Shown piece by piece: positions 24,201 through 37,549 of a stretch of DNA of 64,000 bases. The stretch is from Eledone cirrhosa. Lineage: Eukaryota. Both the position numbers and the translations under genes were made by a program. The DNA lies in the NCBI GenBank assembly GCA_964016885.1, contig OZ024741.1:258354001-258418000 (forward strand). The letters run 5' to 3'. The number at the start of each line of letters is the position of its first letter. Position 1 is the stretch's first letter. The notes beneath the pieces are model-generated. The model ran no database searches. It was given only the letters and a program-made list of their open reading frames with translations, and had not been told where the DNA came from.

Positions 24201-27200
24201 TGTTTCGACTTACGAGTGTTCTGACTTACGATTGTTCTGACTTACGAGCGTTCTGACTTACGAGTGTTTCGGCTTACGAGTGTTTCGGCTTACGAGTGTT
24301 TCGACTTACGAGTGTTTCGACTTACGAGTGTTCCGACTTACGGGTGTTTCGACTTACGAGTGTTTTGGCTTACGGTGTTTCGACTTACGAGTGTTTCGAG
24401 TTAAGAGTGTTTTGACTTACGCGTGTTTTGACATACGAGTGTTCTGACTTACGAGTGTTCTGACTTACGAGTGTTCTGACTTACGAGTGTTCTGACTTAC
24501 GAGTGTTTTGACTTACGAGTGTTTCGGCTGGCGAGTGTTTCGACTTACGAGTGTTTTGACTTAAGGGTGTTTCGACTTACGAGTGTTTCGACTTACGAGT
24601 GTTTCGACTTACGAGTGTTTCGGCTTACGAGTGTTTTGACTTAAGGGTGTTTCGACTTACGAGTGTTTCGATACGAGTGTTTCGACTTACGAGTGTTCTG
24701 ACTTACGAGTGTTCCGACTTACGAGTGTCTCGGCTTACGAGTGTTTCGGCTTACGAGTGTTTCGACTTACGAGTGTTTCGACTTACGAGTGTTCCGACTT
24801 ACGTGTGTTTCGACTTAGGAGTGTTTTGGCTTACGGTGTTTCGTCTTACGAGTGTTTCGGCTTACGAGTGTTTTGACTTAAGTGTGTTTCGACTTACGAG
24901 TGTTTCGATACGAGTGTTTCGACTTACGAGTGTTTCGGCTTACGAGTGTTTCGACTTACGAGTGTTTCGACTTACGAGTGTTCTGACTTACGATTGTTCT
25001 GACTTACGAGCGTTCTGACTTACGAGTGTTTCGTCTTACGAGTGTTTCGGCTTACGAGTGTTTCGACTTACGAGTGTTTCGACTTACGAGTGTTCCGACT
25101 TACGGGTGTTTCGACTTACGAGTGTTTTGGCTTACGGTGTTTCGACTTACGAGTGTTTCGAGTTAAGAGTGTTTTGACTTACGCGTGTTTTGACATACGA
25201 GTGTTCTGACTTACGAGTGTTCTGACTTACGAGTGTTCTGACTTACGAGTGTTCTGACTTACGAGTGTTCCGACTTTACGAGTGTTTCGGCTCACGAGTG
25301 TTTCGGCTTACGAGTGTTTCGACTTACGAAAATAACAAATAGACGCGGTTTCAAATCTCTATGCTTTTAAAATTCATTACATTAATCTTTATTTATACGT
25401 TTCGCTTTACGAGTGTTTCGACTTACGAGTGTTTCGACATACGAGTGTTTCGACTTACGAATGTTTTTGCTTACGGGTGTTTCGACTTACGAATGTTTTT
25501 GCTTACGAGTGTTTCGGTTTACGAGTGTTCCGACTTACGAGTGTTCCGACTTACGAGTGTTTCGGCTTACGAGTGTTTCCGGCTTACGAGTGTTTCGACT
25601 TACGAGTGTTTCGACTTACGAGTGTTTTGACTTACGGTGTTTCGGCTTACGAGTGATTAGACTTACGAGTGTTTTGACTTACGGGTGTTGTGAATTACGA
25701 GTGTTCCGATTTACGAGTGTTTTGACTTACGGTGTTTCGGCTTACAAGTGATTCGACTTACGAATGTTTTGACTTACGGGTGTTTCGGCTTGCGTGTGTT
25801 TCGACTTACGAGTGTTTCGGCTTATGAGTGTTTCGACTTACTAATGTTTTTACTTACGAGTGTTTCGGCGTACGAGTGTTTTGACTTACGAGTGTTTCGA
25901 CTTACGAGTGTTTTGACGTACGAATGTTTTGACTTACGGGTGTTTCGGCTTACGAGTGTTTCGACTTACGAGTGTTTCGGCTTGCGAGTGTTTCGACTTA
26001 CTAATGTTTTTACTTACGAGTGTTTCGGCGTACGAGTGTTTCGACTTACGAGTGTTTCGACTTAAGGGTGTTTCGACTTACGAGTGTTTCGACTTACGAG
26101 TGTTTCGACTTACGAGTGTTTCGACTTACGGGTGTTTCGACTTACGAGTGTTTTGGCTTACGGTGTTTCGACTTACGAGTGTTTCGGCTTACGAGTGTTT
26201 TGACTTAAGGGTGTTTCGACTTACGAGTGTTTCGATACGAGTGTTTCGACTTACGAGTGTTTCGGCTTACGAGTGTTTCGACTTACGAGTGTTTCGACTT
26301 ACGAGTGTTCTGATTTACGGATGTTTCGAAATACGAGTGTTTCGACTTACAAGTGTTTCGACTTACGAGTGTTTTGACTTACGGGTGTTTTGACATACGA
26401 GTGTTTCGATACGAGTGTTTCGACTTACGAGTGTTCTGACTTACGATTGTTCTGACTTACGAGCGTTCTGACTTACGAGTGTTTCGGCTTACGAGTGTTT
26501 CGGCTTACGAGTGTTTCGACTTACGAGTGTTTCGACTTACGAGTGTTCCGACTTACGGGTGTTTCGACTTACGAGTGTTTTGGCTTACGGTGTTTCGACT
26601 TACGAGTGTTTCGAGTTAAGAGTGTTTTGACTTACGCGTGTTTTGACATACGAGTGTTCTGACTTACGAGTGTTCCGACTTTACGAGTGTTTCGGCTCAC
26701 GAGTGTTTCGGCTTACGAGTGTTTCGACTTACGAAAATAACATATAGACGCGGTTTCAAATCTCTATGCTTTTCAAATTCATTACATTAATCTTTATTTA
26801 TACGTTTCGCTTTACGAGTGTTTCGACTTACGAGTGTTTCGACATACGAGTGTTTCGACTTACGAATGTTTTTGCTTACGGGTGTTTCGACTTAAGAATG
26901 TTTTGACTTACGGGTGTTTCGGCTTGCGAGTGTTTCGACTTACGAGTGTTTCGGCTTATGAGTGTTTCGACTTACTAATGTTTTTACTTACGAGTGTTTC
27001 GGCGTACGAGTGTTTTGACTTACGAGTGTTTCGGCTTACGAGTGTTTCGACTTACGAGTGTTCTGACTTACGAGTGTTCTGACTTATGAGTGTTCTGACT
27101 TACGAGTGTTCTGACTTACGAGTGTTCCGACTTACGAGTGTTTCGGCTTACGAGTGTTTGGGCTTACGAGTGTTTCGTCTTACGAGTGTTCTGACTTACG

Positions 27201-30200
27201 AGTGTTCTGACTTATGAGTGTTCTGACTTACGAGTGTTCTGACTTACGAGTGTTTTGACTTACGGTGTTTCGGCTTACGAGTTATTCGACATACGAGTGT
27301 TTCGACACACGAGTGTTTTGACTTACGGGGGTTTCGACTTACGGGTGTTTCGACTTACGAGTGTTTCGGCTTACGAGTGTTTCGACTTACTAATGTTTTT
27401 ACTTACGAGTGTTTCGGTGTACGAGTGTTTCGAATTAAGGATGTTTCGACTTACGAGTGTTTCGACTTACGAGTGTTTCGGCTTACGTGAGTTTCGACTT
27501 AAGGGTGTTTTGACTTACGCGTGTTGTGAATTACGAGTGTTCCGATTTACGAGTGTTTTGACTTACGGTGTTTCGGCTTACGAGTTCGACTTACGAATGT
27601 TTTGACTTACGGGTGTTTTGGCTTGCGAGTGTTTCGACTTACGAGTGTTTCGGCTTATGAGTGTTTCGACTTAGTAATGTTTTTACTTACGAGTGTTTCG
27701 GCGTACGAGTGTTTTGACTTACGAGTGTTTCGACTTACGGGTGTTTCGGCTTACGAGTCTTTCGACTTACGAGTGTTTCGGCTGGCAAGTGTTTCGACTT
27801 ACGAGTGTTTTGACTTACGAGTGTTTCGACTTACGAGTGTTTCGGCTTACGAGTGTTTTGACTTAAGGGTGTTTCGAATTACGAGTGTTTCGATACGAGT
27901 GTTTCGACTTACGAGTGTTCTGACTTACGAGTGTTCCGACTTACGAGTGTCTCGGCTTACGAGTGTTTCGGCTTACGAGTGTTTCGACTTACGAGTGTTT
28001 CGACTTACGAGTGTTCCGACTTACGGGTGTTTCGACTTACGAGTGTTTTGGCTTACGGTGTTTCGACTTACGAGTGTTTCGGCTTACGAGTGTTTTGACT
28101 TAAGGGTGTTTCGACTTACGAGTGTTTCGATACGAGTGTTTCGATTTACGAGTGTTTCGGCTTACTAGTGTTTCGACTTACGAGTGTTTCGACTTACGAG
28201 TGTTTTGACTTACGGGTGTTTTGACATACGAATGTTTCGATACGAGTGTTTCGACTTACGAGTGTTCTGACTTACGATTGTTCTGACTTACGAGCGTTCT
28301 GACTTACGAGTGTTTCGGCTTACAAGTGATTCGACTTACGAATGTTTTAACTTACGGGTGTTTCGGCTTGCGAGTGTTTCGACTTACGAGTGTTTCGGCT
28401 TGCGAGTGTTTCGACTTACTAATGATTTTACTTACGAGTCTTTCGGCGTACGAGTGTTTCGACTTACGAGTGTTTCGACTTACGGGTGTTTTGACTTACG
28501 GGTGTTTCGGCTTACGAGTGTTTCGTCTTACGAGTGTTTCGACTTACGAGTGTTTCGGATTACGAGTGTTTTGGCTTGAGGGTTTTCGACTTACGAGTGT
28601 TTCGATACGAGTGTTTCGACTTACGAGTGTTCTGACTTACGAGTGTTCTGACTTACGAGTGTTCTGACTTACAAGTGTTCTTACTTACGACTGTTTCGAC
28701 TTACGAGTGTTCCGACTTACGAGTGTTTCGGCTTACGAGTGTTTCGGCTTACGAGTGTTTCGACTTACGAGTGTTCCGACTTACGGGTGTTTCGACTTAC
28801 GAGTGTTTTGGCTTACGGTGTTTCGGCTTACGAGTGTTTCGAGTTACGAGAGTTTTGACTTACGCGTGTTCCGACTTACGGGTGTTTCGACTTACGAGTG
28901 TTTTGGCTTACGGTGTTTCGACTTACGAGTGTTTCGAGTTAAGAGTGTTTTGACTTACGCGTGTTTTGACATACGAGTGTTCTGACTTACGAGTGTTCTG
29001 ACTTACGAGTGTTCTGACTTACGAGTGTTCTGAGTTACGAGTGTTTTGACTTACGAGTGTTCCGACTTTACGAGTGTTTCGGCTCACGAGTGTTTCGGCT
29101 TACGAGTGTTTCGACTTACGAAAATAACAAATAGACGCGGTTTCAAATCTCTATGCTTTTCAAATTCATTACATTAATCTTTATTCATACGTTTCGCTTT
29201 ACGAGTGTTTCGACTTACGAGTGTTTCGACATACGAGTGTTTCGGCTTACGAGTGTTTTGATTTACGAGTGTTTTGACTTACGGGTGCTTCGACTTACGC
29301 GTGTTTCGACTTACGAGTGTTTCGACTTACGAGTGTTTCGACTTACGAGTGTTTCGGCTTACGAGTGTTTTGACTTACGAGTGTTTCGGCTGGCGAGTGT
29401 TTCGACTTACGAGTGTTTTGACTTAAGGGTGTTTCGACTTACGAGTGTTTCGACTTACGAGTGTTTCGACTTACGAGTGTTTCGGCTTACGAGTGTTTTG
29501 ACTTAAGGGTGTTTCGACTTACGAGTGTTTCGATACGAGTGTTTCGACTTACGAGTGTTCTGACTTACGAGTGTTCCGACTTACGAGTGTCTCGGCTTAC
29601 GAGTGTTTCGGCTTACGAGTGTTTTGGCTTACGGTGTTTCGACTTAAGAATGTTTCGGCTTACGAGTGTTTTGACTTAAGGGTGTTTCGACTTACGAGTG
29701 TTTCGATACGAGTGTTTCGACTTACGAGTGTTTCGGCTTACGAGTGTTTCGACTTACGAGTGTTTCGACTTACGAGTGTTCTGATTTACGGATGTTTCGA
29801 GATACGAGTGTTTCGACTTACGAGTGTTTCCGACTTACGAGTGTTTTGACTTACGTGTGTTTTGACATACGAGTGTTTCGATACGAGTGTTTCGACTTAC
29901 GAGTGTTCTGACTTACGATTGTTCTGACTTACGAGCGTTCTGACTTACGAGTGTTTCGGCTTACGAGTGTTTCGGCTTACGAGTGTTTCGACTTACGAGT
30001 GTTTCGACTTACTAGTGTTCCGACTTACGGGTGTTTCGACTTACGAGTGTTTTGGCTTACGGTGTTTCGACTTACGAGTGTTTCGAGTTAAGAGTGTTTT
30101 GACTTACGCGTGTTTTGACATACGAGTGTTCTGACTTACGAGTGTTCTGACTTACGAGTGTTCTGACTTACGAGTGTTCTGACTTACGAGTGTTCCGACT

Positions 30201-33200
30201 TTACGAGTGTTTCGGCTCACGAGTGTTTCGGCTTACGAGTGTTTCGACTTACGAAAATAACAAATAGACGCGGTTTCAAATCTCTATGCTTTTAAAATTC
30301 ATTACATAAATCTTTATTTATACGTTTCGCTTTACGAGTGTTTCGACTTACGAGTGTTTCGACATACGAGTGTTTCGACTTACGAATGTTTTTGCTTACG
30401 GGTGTTTCGACTTACGAATGTTTTTGCTTACGAGTGTTTCGGTTTACGAGTGTTCCGACTTACGAGTGTTCCGACTTACGAGTGTTTCGGCTTACGAGTG
30501 TTTCCGGCTTACGAGTGTTTCGACTTACGAGTGTTTCGACTTACAAGTGTTTTGACTTACGGTGTTTCGGCTTACGAGTGATTAGACTTACGAGTGTTTT
30601 GACTTACGGGTGTTTTGACTTACGGGTGTTGTGAATTACGAGTGTTCCGATTTACGAGTGTTTTGACTTACGGTGTTTCGGCTTACAAGTGATTCGACTT
30701 ACGAATGTTTTGACTTACGGGTGTTTCGGCTTGCGTGTGTTTCGACTTACGAGTGTTTCGGCTTATGAGTGTTTCGACTTACTAATGTTTTTACTTACGA
30801 GTGTTTCGGCGTACGAGTGTTTTGACTTACGAGTGTTTCGACTTACGAGTGTTTTGACGTACGAATGTTTTGACTTACGGGTGTTTCGGCTTGCGAGTGT
30901 TTCGACTTACTAATGTTTTTACTTACGAGTGTTTCGGCGTACGAGTGTTTCGACTTACGAGTGTTTCGACTTAAGGGTGTTTTGACTTACGAGTGTTTCG
31001 ACTTACGAGTGTTTCGACTTACGAGTGTTTCGACTTACGGGTGTTTCGACTTACGAGTGTTTTGGCTTACGGTGTTTCGACTTACGAGTGTTTCGGCTTA
31101 CGAGTGTTTTGACTTAAGGGTGTTTCGACTTACGAGTGTTTCGATACGAGTGTTTCGACTTACGAGTGTTTCGGCTTACGAGTGTTTCGACTTACGAGTG
31201 TTTCGACTTACGAGTGTTCTGATTTACGGATGTTTCGAAATACGAGTGTTTCGACTTACGAGTGTTTCGACTTACGAGTGTTTTGACTTACGGGTGTTTT
31301 GACATACGAGTGTTTCGATACGAGTGTTTCGACTTACGAGTGTTCTGACTTACGAGTGTTCTGACTTACGAGCGTTCTGACTTACGAGTGTTTCGGCTTA
31401 CGAGTGTTTCGGCTTACGAGTGTTTCGACTTACGAGTGTTTCGACTTACGAGTGTTCCGACTTACGGGTGTTTCGACTTACGAGTGTTTTGGCTTACGGT
31501 GTTTCGACTTACGAGTGTTTCGAGTTAAGAGTGTTTTGACTTACGCGTGTTTTGACATACGAGTGTTCTGACTTACGAGTGTTCTGACTTACGAGTGTTC
31601 TGACTTACGAGTGTTCTGACTTACGAGTGTTCTGACTTACGAGTGTTCCGACTTTACGAGTGTTTCGGCTCACGAGTGTTTTGGCTTACGAGTGTTTCGG
31701 CTTAGGAGTGTTTCGACTTACGAATGTTTTGGCTTACGAGTGTTTCGGCTTACGGGTGTTTCGACTTACGAGTGTTTTGACTTACGGTGTTTCGGCTTAC
31801 GAGTTATTCGACATACGAGTGTTTCGACACACGAGTGTTTTGACTTACGGGGGTTTCGACTTACGGGTGTTTCGACTTACGAGTGTTTCGGCTTACGAGT
31901 GTTTCGACTTACTAATGTTTTTACTTACGAGTGTTTCGGTGTACGAGTGTTTCGACTTAAGGATGTTTCGACTTACGAGTGTTTCGACTTACGAGTGTTT
32001 CGGCTTACGTGAGTTTCGACTTAAGGGTGTTTTGACTTACGCGTGTTGTGAATTACGAGTGTTCCGATTTACGAGTGTTTTGACTTACGGTGTTTCGGCT
32101 TACGAGTTATTCGACTTACGAATGTTTTGACTTACGGGTGTTTTGGCTTGCGAGTGTTTCGACTTACGAGTGTTTCGGCTTATGAGTGTTTCGACTTACT
32201 AATGTTTTTACTTACGAGTGTTTCGGCGTACGAGTGTTTTGACTTACGAGTGTTTAGACTTACGCGTGTTTCGGCTTACGAGTCTTTCGACTTACGAGTG
32301 TTTCGGCTGGCAAGTGTTTCGACTTACGAGTGTTTTGACTTACGAGTGTTTCGACTTACGAGTGTTTCGGCTTACGAGTGTTTTGACTTAAGGGTGTTTC
32401 GAATTACGAGTGTTTCGATACGAGTGTTTCGACTTACGAGTGTTCTGACTTACGAGTGTTCCGACTTACGAGTGTCTCGGCTTACGAGTGTTTCGGCTTA
32501 TGAGTGTTTCGACTTACGAGTGTTTCGACTTACGAGTGTTCCGACTTACGGGTGTTTCGACTTACGTGTGTTTTGGCTTACGGTGTTTCGACTTACGAGT
32601 GTTTCGGCTTACGAGTGTTTTGACTTAAGGGTGTTTCGACTTACGAGTGTTTCGATATGAGTGTTTCGATTTACGAGTGTTTCGGCTTACGAGTGTTTCG
32701 ACTTACGAGTGTTTCGACTTACGAGTGTTCTGATTTACGGATGTTTCGACATACGAGTGTTTCGACTTACGAGTGTTTCGACTTACGAGTGTTTTGACTT
32801 ACGGGTGTTTTGACATACGAGTGTTTCGATACGAGTGTTTCGACTTACGAGTGTTCTGACTTACGATTGTTCTGACTTACGAGCGTTCTGACTTACGAGT
32901 GTTTCGGCTTACAAGTGATTCGACTTACGAATGTTTTGACTTACGGGTGTTTCGGCTTGCGAGTGTTTCGACTTACGAGTGTTTCGGCTTGCGAGTGTTT
33001 CGACTTACTAATGATTTTACTTACGGGTGTTTCGGCGTACGAGTGTTTCGACTTACGAGTGTTTCGACTTACGGGTGTTTTGACTTACGGGTGTTTCGGC
33101 TTACGAGTGTTTCGACTAACGAGTGTTTTGACTTAAGGGTGTTTCGACTTACGAGTGTTTCGACTTACGAGTGTTTCGGATTACGAGTGTTTTGAATTGA

Positions 33201-36200
33201 GGGTTTTCGACTTACGAGTGTTTCGATACGAGTGTTTCGACTTACGAGTGTTCTGACTTATGAGTGTTCTGACTTACGAGTGTTCTGACTTACAAGTGTT
33301 CTTACTTACGACTGTTCCGACTTACGAGTGTTCCGACTTACGAGTGTTTCGGCTTACGAGTGCTTCGACTTACGCGTGTTTCGACTTACGAGTGTTTCGA
33401 CTTACGAGTGTTTCGACTTACGAGTGTTTCGGCTTACGAGTGTTTTGACTTACGAGTGTTTCGGCTGGCGAGTGTTTCGACTTACGAGTGTTTTGACTTA
33501 AGGGTGTTTCGACTTACGAGTGTTTCGACTTACGAGTGTTTCGACTTACGAGTGTTTCGGCTTACGAGTGTTTTGACTTAAGGGTGTTTCGACTTACGAG
33601 TGTTTCGATACGAGTGTTTCGACTTACGAGTGTTCTGACTTACGAGTGTTCCGACTTACGAGTGTCTCGGCTTACGAGTGTTTCGGCTTACGAGTGTTTC
33701 GACTTACGAGTGTTTCGACTTACGAGTGTTCCGACTTACGTGTGTTTCGACTTACGAGTGTTTTGGCTTACGGTGTTTCGACTTACGAGTGTTTCGGCTT
33801 ACGAGTGTTTTGACTTAAGGGTGTTTCGACTTACGAGTGTTTCGATACGAGTGTTTCGACTTACGAGTGTTTCGGCTTACGAGTGTTTCGACTTACGAGT
33901 GTTTCGACTTACGAGTGTTCTGATTTACGGATGTTTCGACATACGAGTGTTTCGACTTACGAGTGTTTCGACTAACGAGTGTTTTGACTTACGTGTGTTT
34001 TGACATACGAGTGTTTCGATACGAGTGTTTCGACTTACGAGTGTTCTGACTTACGATTGTTCTGACTTACGAGCGTTCTGACTTACGAGTGTTTCGGCTT
34101 ACGAGTGTTTCGGCTTACGAGTGTTTCGACTTACGAGTGTTTCGACTTACGAGTGTTCCGACTTACGGGTGTTTCGACTTACAAGTGTTTTGGCTTACGT
34201 TGTTTCGACTTACGAGTGTTTCGAGTTAAGAGTGTTTTGACTTACGCGTGTTTTGACATACGAGTGTTCTGACTTACGAGTGTTCTGACTTACGAGTGTT
34301 CTGACTTACGAGTGTTCTGACTTACGAGTGTTCCGACTTTACGAGTGTTTCGGCTCACGAGTGTTTCGGCTTACGAGTGTTTCGACTTATGAAAATAACA
34401 AATAGACGCGGTTTCAAATCTCTATGCTTTTAAAATTCATTACATTAATCTTTATTTATACGTTTCGCTTTACGAGTGTTTCGACTTACGAGTGTTTCGA
34501 CAGACGAGTGTTTCGACTTACGAATGTTTTTGCTTACGGGTGTTTCGACTTACGAATGTTTTTGCTTACAAGTGTTTCGGTTTACGAGTGTTCCGACTTA
34601 CGAGTGTTCCGACTTACGAGTGTTTCGGCTTACGAGTGTTTCCGGCTTACGAGTGTTTCGACTTACGAGTGTTTCGACTTACGAGTGTTTTGACTTACGG
34701 TGTTTCGGCTTACGAGTGATTAGACTTACGAGTGTTTTGACTTACGGGTGTTTTGACTTACGGGTGTTGTGAATTACGAGTGTTCCGATTTACGAGTGTT
34801 TTGACTTACGGTGTTTCGGCTTACAAGTGATTCGACTTACGAATGTTTTGACTTATGGGTGTTTCGGCTTGCGTGTGTTTCGACTTACGAGTGTTTCGGC
34901 TTATGAGTGTTTCGACTTACTAATGTTTTTACTTACGAGTGTTTCGGCGTACGAGTGTTTTGACTTACGAGTGTTTCGACTTACGAGTGTTTTGACGTAC
35001 GAATGTTTTGACTTACGGGTGTTTCGGCTTACGAGTGTTTCGACTTACGAGTGTTTCGGCTTGCGAGTGTTTCGACTTACTAATGTTTTTACTTACGAGT
35101 GTTTCGGCGTACGAGTGTTTCGACTTACGAGTGTTTCGACTTAAGGGTGTTTCGACTTACGAGTGTTTCGACTTACGAGTGTTTCGACTTACGAGTGTTT
35201 CGACTTACGGGTGTTTCGACTTACGAGTGTTTTGGCTTACGGTGTTTCGACTTACGAGTGTTTCGGCTTACGAGTGTTTTGACTTAAGGGTGTTTCGACT
35301 TACGAGTGTTTCGATACGAGTGTTTCGACTTACGAGTGTTTCGGCTTACGAGTGTTTCGACTTACGAGTGTTTCGACTTACGAGTGTTCTGATTTACGGA
35401 TGTTTCGAAATACGAGTGTTTCGACTTACGAGTGTTTCGACTTACGACTGTTTTGACTTACGGGTGTTTTGACATACGAGTGTTTCGATACGAGTGTTTC
35501 GACTTACGAGTGTTCTGACTTACGATTGTTCTGACTTACGAGCGTTCTGACTTACGAGTGTTTCGGCTTACGAGTGTTTCGGCTTACGAGTGTTTCGACT
35601 TACGAGTGTTTCGACTTACGAGTGTTCCGACTTACGGGTGTTTCGACTTACGAATGTTTTGGCTTACGGTGTTTCGACTTACGAGTGTTTCGAGTTAAGA
35701 GTGTTTTGACTTACGCGTGTTTTGACATACGAGTGTTCTGACTTACGAGTGTTCTGACTTACGAGTGTTCTGACTTACGAGTGTTCTGACTTACGAGTGT
35801 TCTGACTTACGAGTGTTCCGACTTTACGAGTGTTTCGGCTCACGAATGTTTCGGCTTACGAGTGTTTCGACTTACGAAAATAACATATAGACGCGGTTTC
35901 AAATCTCTATGCTTTTCAAATTCATTACATTAATCTTTATTTATACGTTTCGCTTTACGAGTGTTTCGACTTACGAGTGTTTCGACATACGAGTGTTTCG
36001 ACTTACGAATGTTTTTGCTTACGGGTGATTCGACTTACGAATGTTTCGGCTTACGAGTGTTTCGACTTACGAGTGTTCTGACTTACGAGTGTTCTGACTT
36101 ATGAGTGTTCTGACTTACGAGTGTTCTGACTTACGAGTGTTCTGACTTACGAGTGTTTTGACTTACGGTGTTTCGGCTTACAAGTGATTCGACTTACGAA

Positions 36201-37549
36201 TGTTTTGACTTACGGGTGTTTCGGCTTGCGAGTGTTTCGACTTACGAGTGTTTCGGCTTATGAGTGTTTCGACTTACTAATGTTTTTACGAGTGTTTCGG
36301 CGTACGAGTGTTTTGACTTACGAGTGTTTCGGCTTACGAGTGTTTCGACTTACGAGTGTTCTGACTTACGAGTGTTCTGACTTATGAGTGTTCTGACTTA
36401 CGAGTGTTCTGACTTACGAGTGTTCCGACTTACGAGTGTTTCGGCTTACGAGTGTTTCGGCTTACGAGTGTTTCGTCTTACGAGTGTTCTGACTTACGAG
36501 TGTTCTGACTTATGAGTGTTCTGACTTACGAGTGTTCTGACTTACGAGTGTTTCGACTTACGAGTGTTTTGACTTACTGGTGTTTTGACATACGAGTGTT
36601 TCGATACGAGTGTTTCGACTTACGAGTGTTCTGACTTACGAGTGTTCTAACTTACGAGTGTTCTGACTTACGAGTGTTCTGACTTACGAGTGTTCCGACT
36701 TACGAGTGTTTCGGCTCACGTGTGTTTCGGCTTACGAGTGTTTCGACTTACGAAAATAACAAATAGACGCGGTTTCAAATCTCTATGCTTTTCAAATTCA
36801 TTACATTAATCTTTATTTATACGTTTCGCTTTACGAGTGTTTCGACTTACGAGTGTTTCGGCTTACGAGTGTTTTGACTTACGAGTGTTTTGACTTACAT
36901 GTGTTTCGACTTACGCGTGTTTCGACTTACGAGTGTTTCGACTTGCGAGTGTTTCGACTACGGGTGTTTCGGCTTACGAATGTTTTGACTTACGGATGTT
37001 TTGACTTACGGGTGTTTCGGCTTACGAGTGTTTCGACTTACGAGTGTTTCGACTTACGAGTGTTTTGACTTACGAGTGTTTTGACTTACGGTGTTTCGGC
37101 TTACGAGTGTTTCGACTTACGAGTGTTTTGACTTACGGGTGTTTTGACATACGAGTGTTTCGATACGAGTGTTCTGACTTACGGGTGTTCTGACTTACGA
37201 GTGTTCTGACTTACGAGTGTTCTGACTTACGAGTGTTCTGACATACGTGTGTTCTGACTTACGAGTGTTCCGATATACGAGTGTTTCGGCATATGAGTGT
37301 TTCGACTTGCGGATGTTTTTGCTTACGGGTGTTTCGACTTACGAATGTTTTTGCTTACGAGTGTTTCGGCTTACGTGTGTTTCGACTTACGAAAATAACA
37401 AATAGACGCGGTTTCAAATCTCTATGCTTTTCAAATTCATTACATTAATCTTTATTTACACGTTTCGCTTTACGAGTGTTTCGACTTACGAGTGTTTCGA
37501 CTTACGAGTGTTTCGACTTACGAGTGTTTTGACTTACGAGTGTTCTGAC

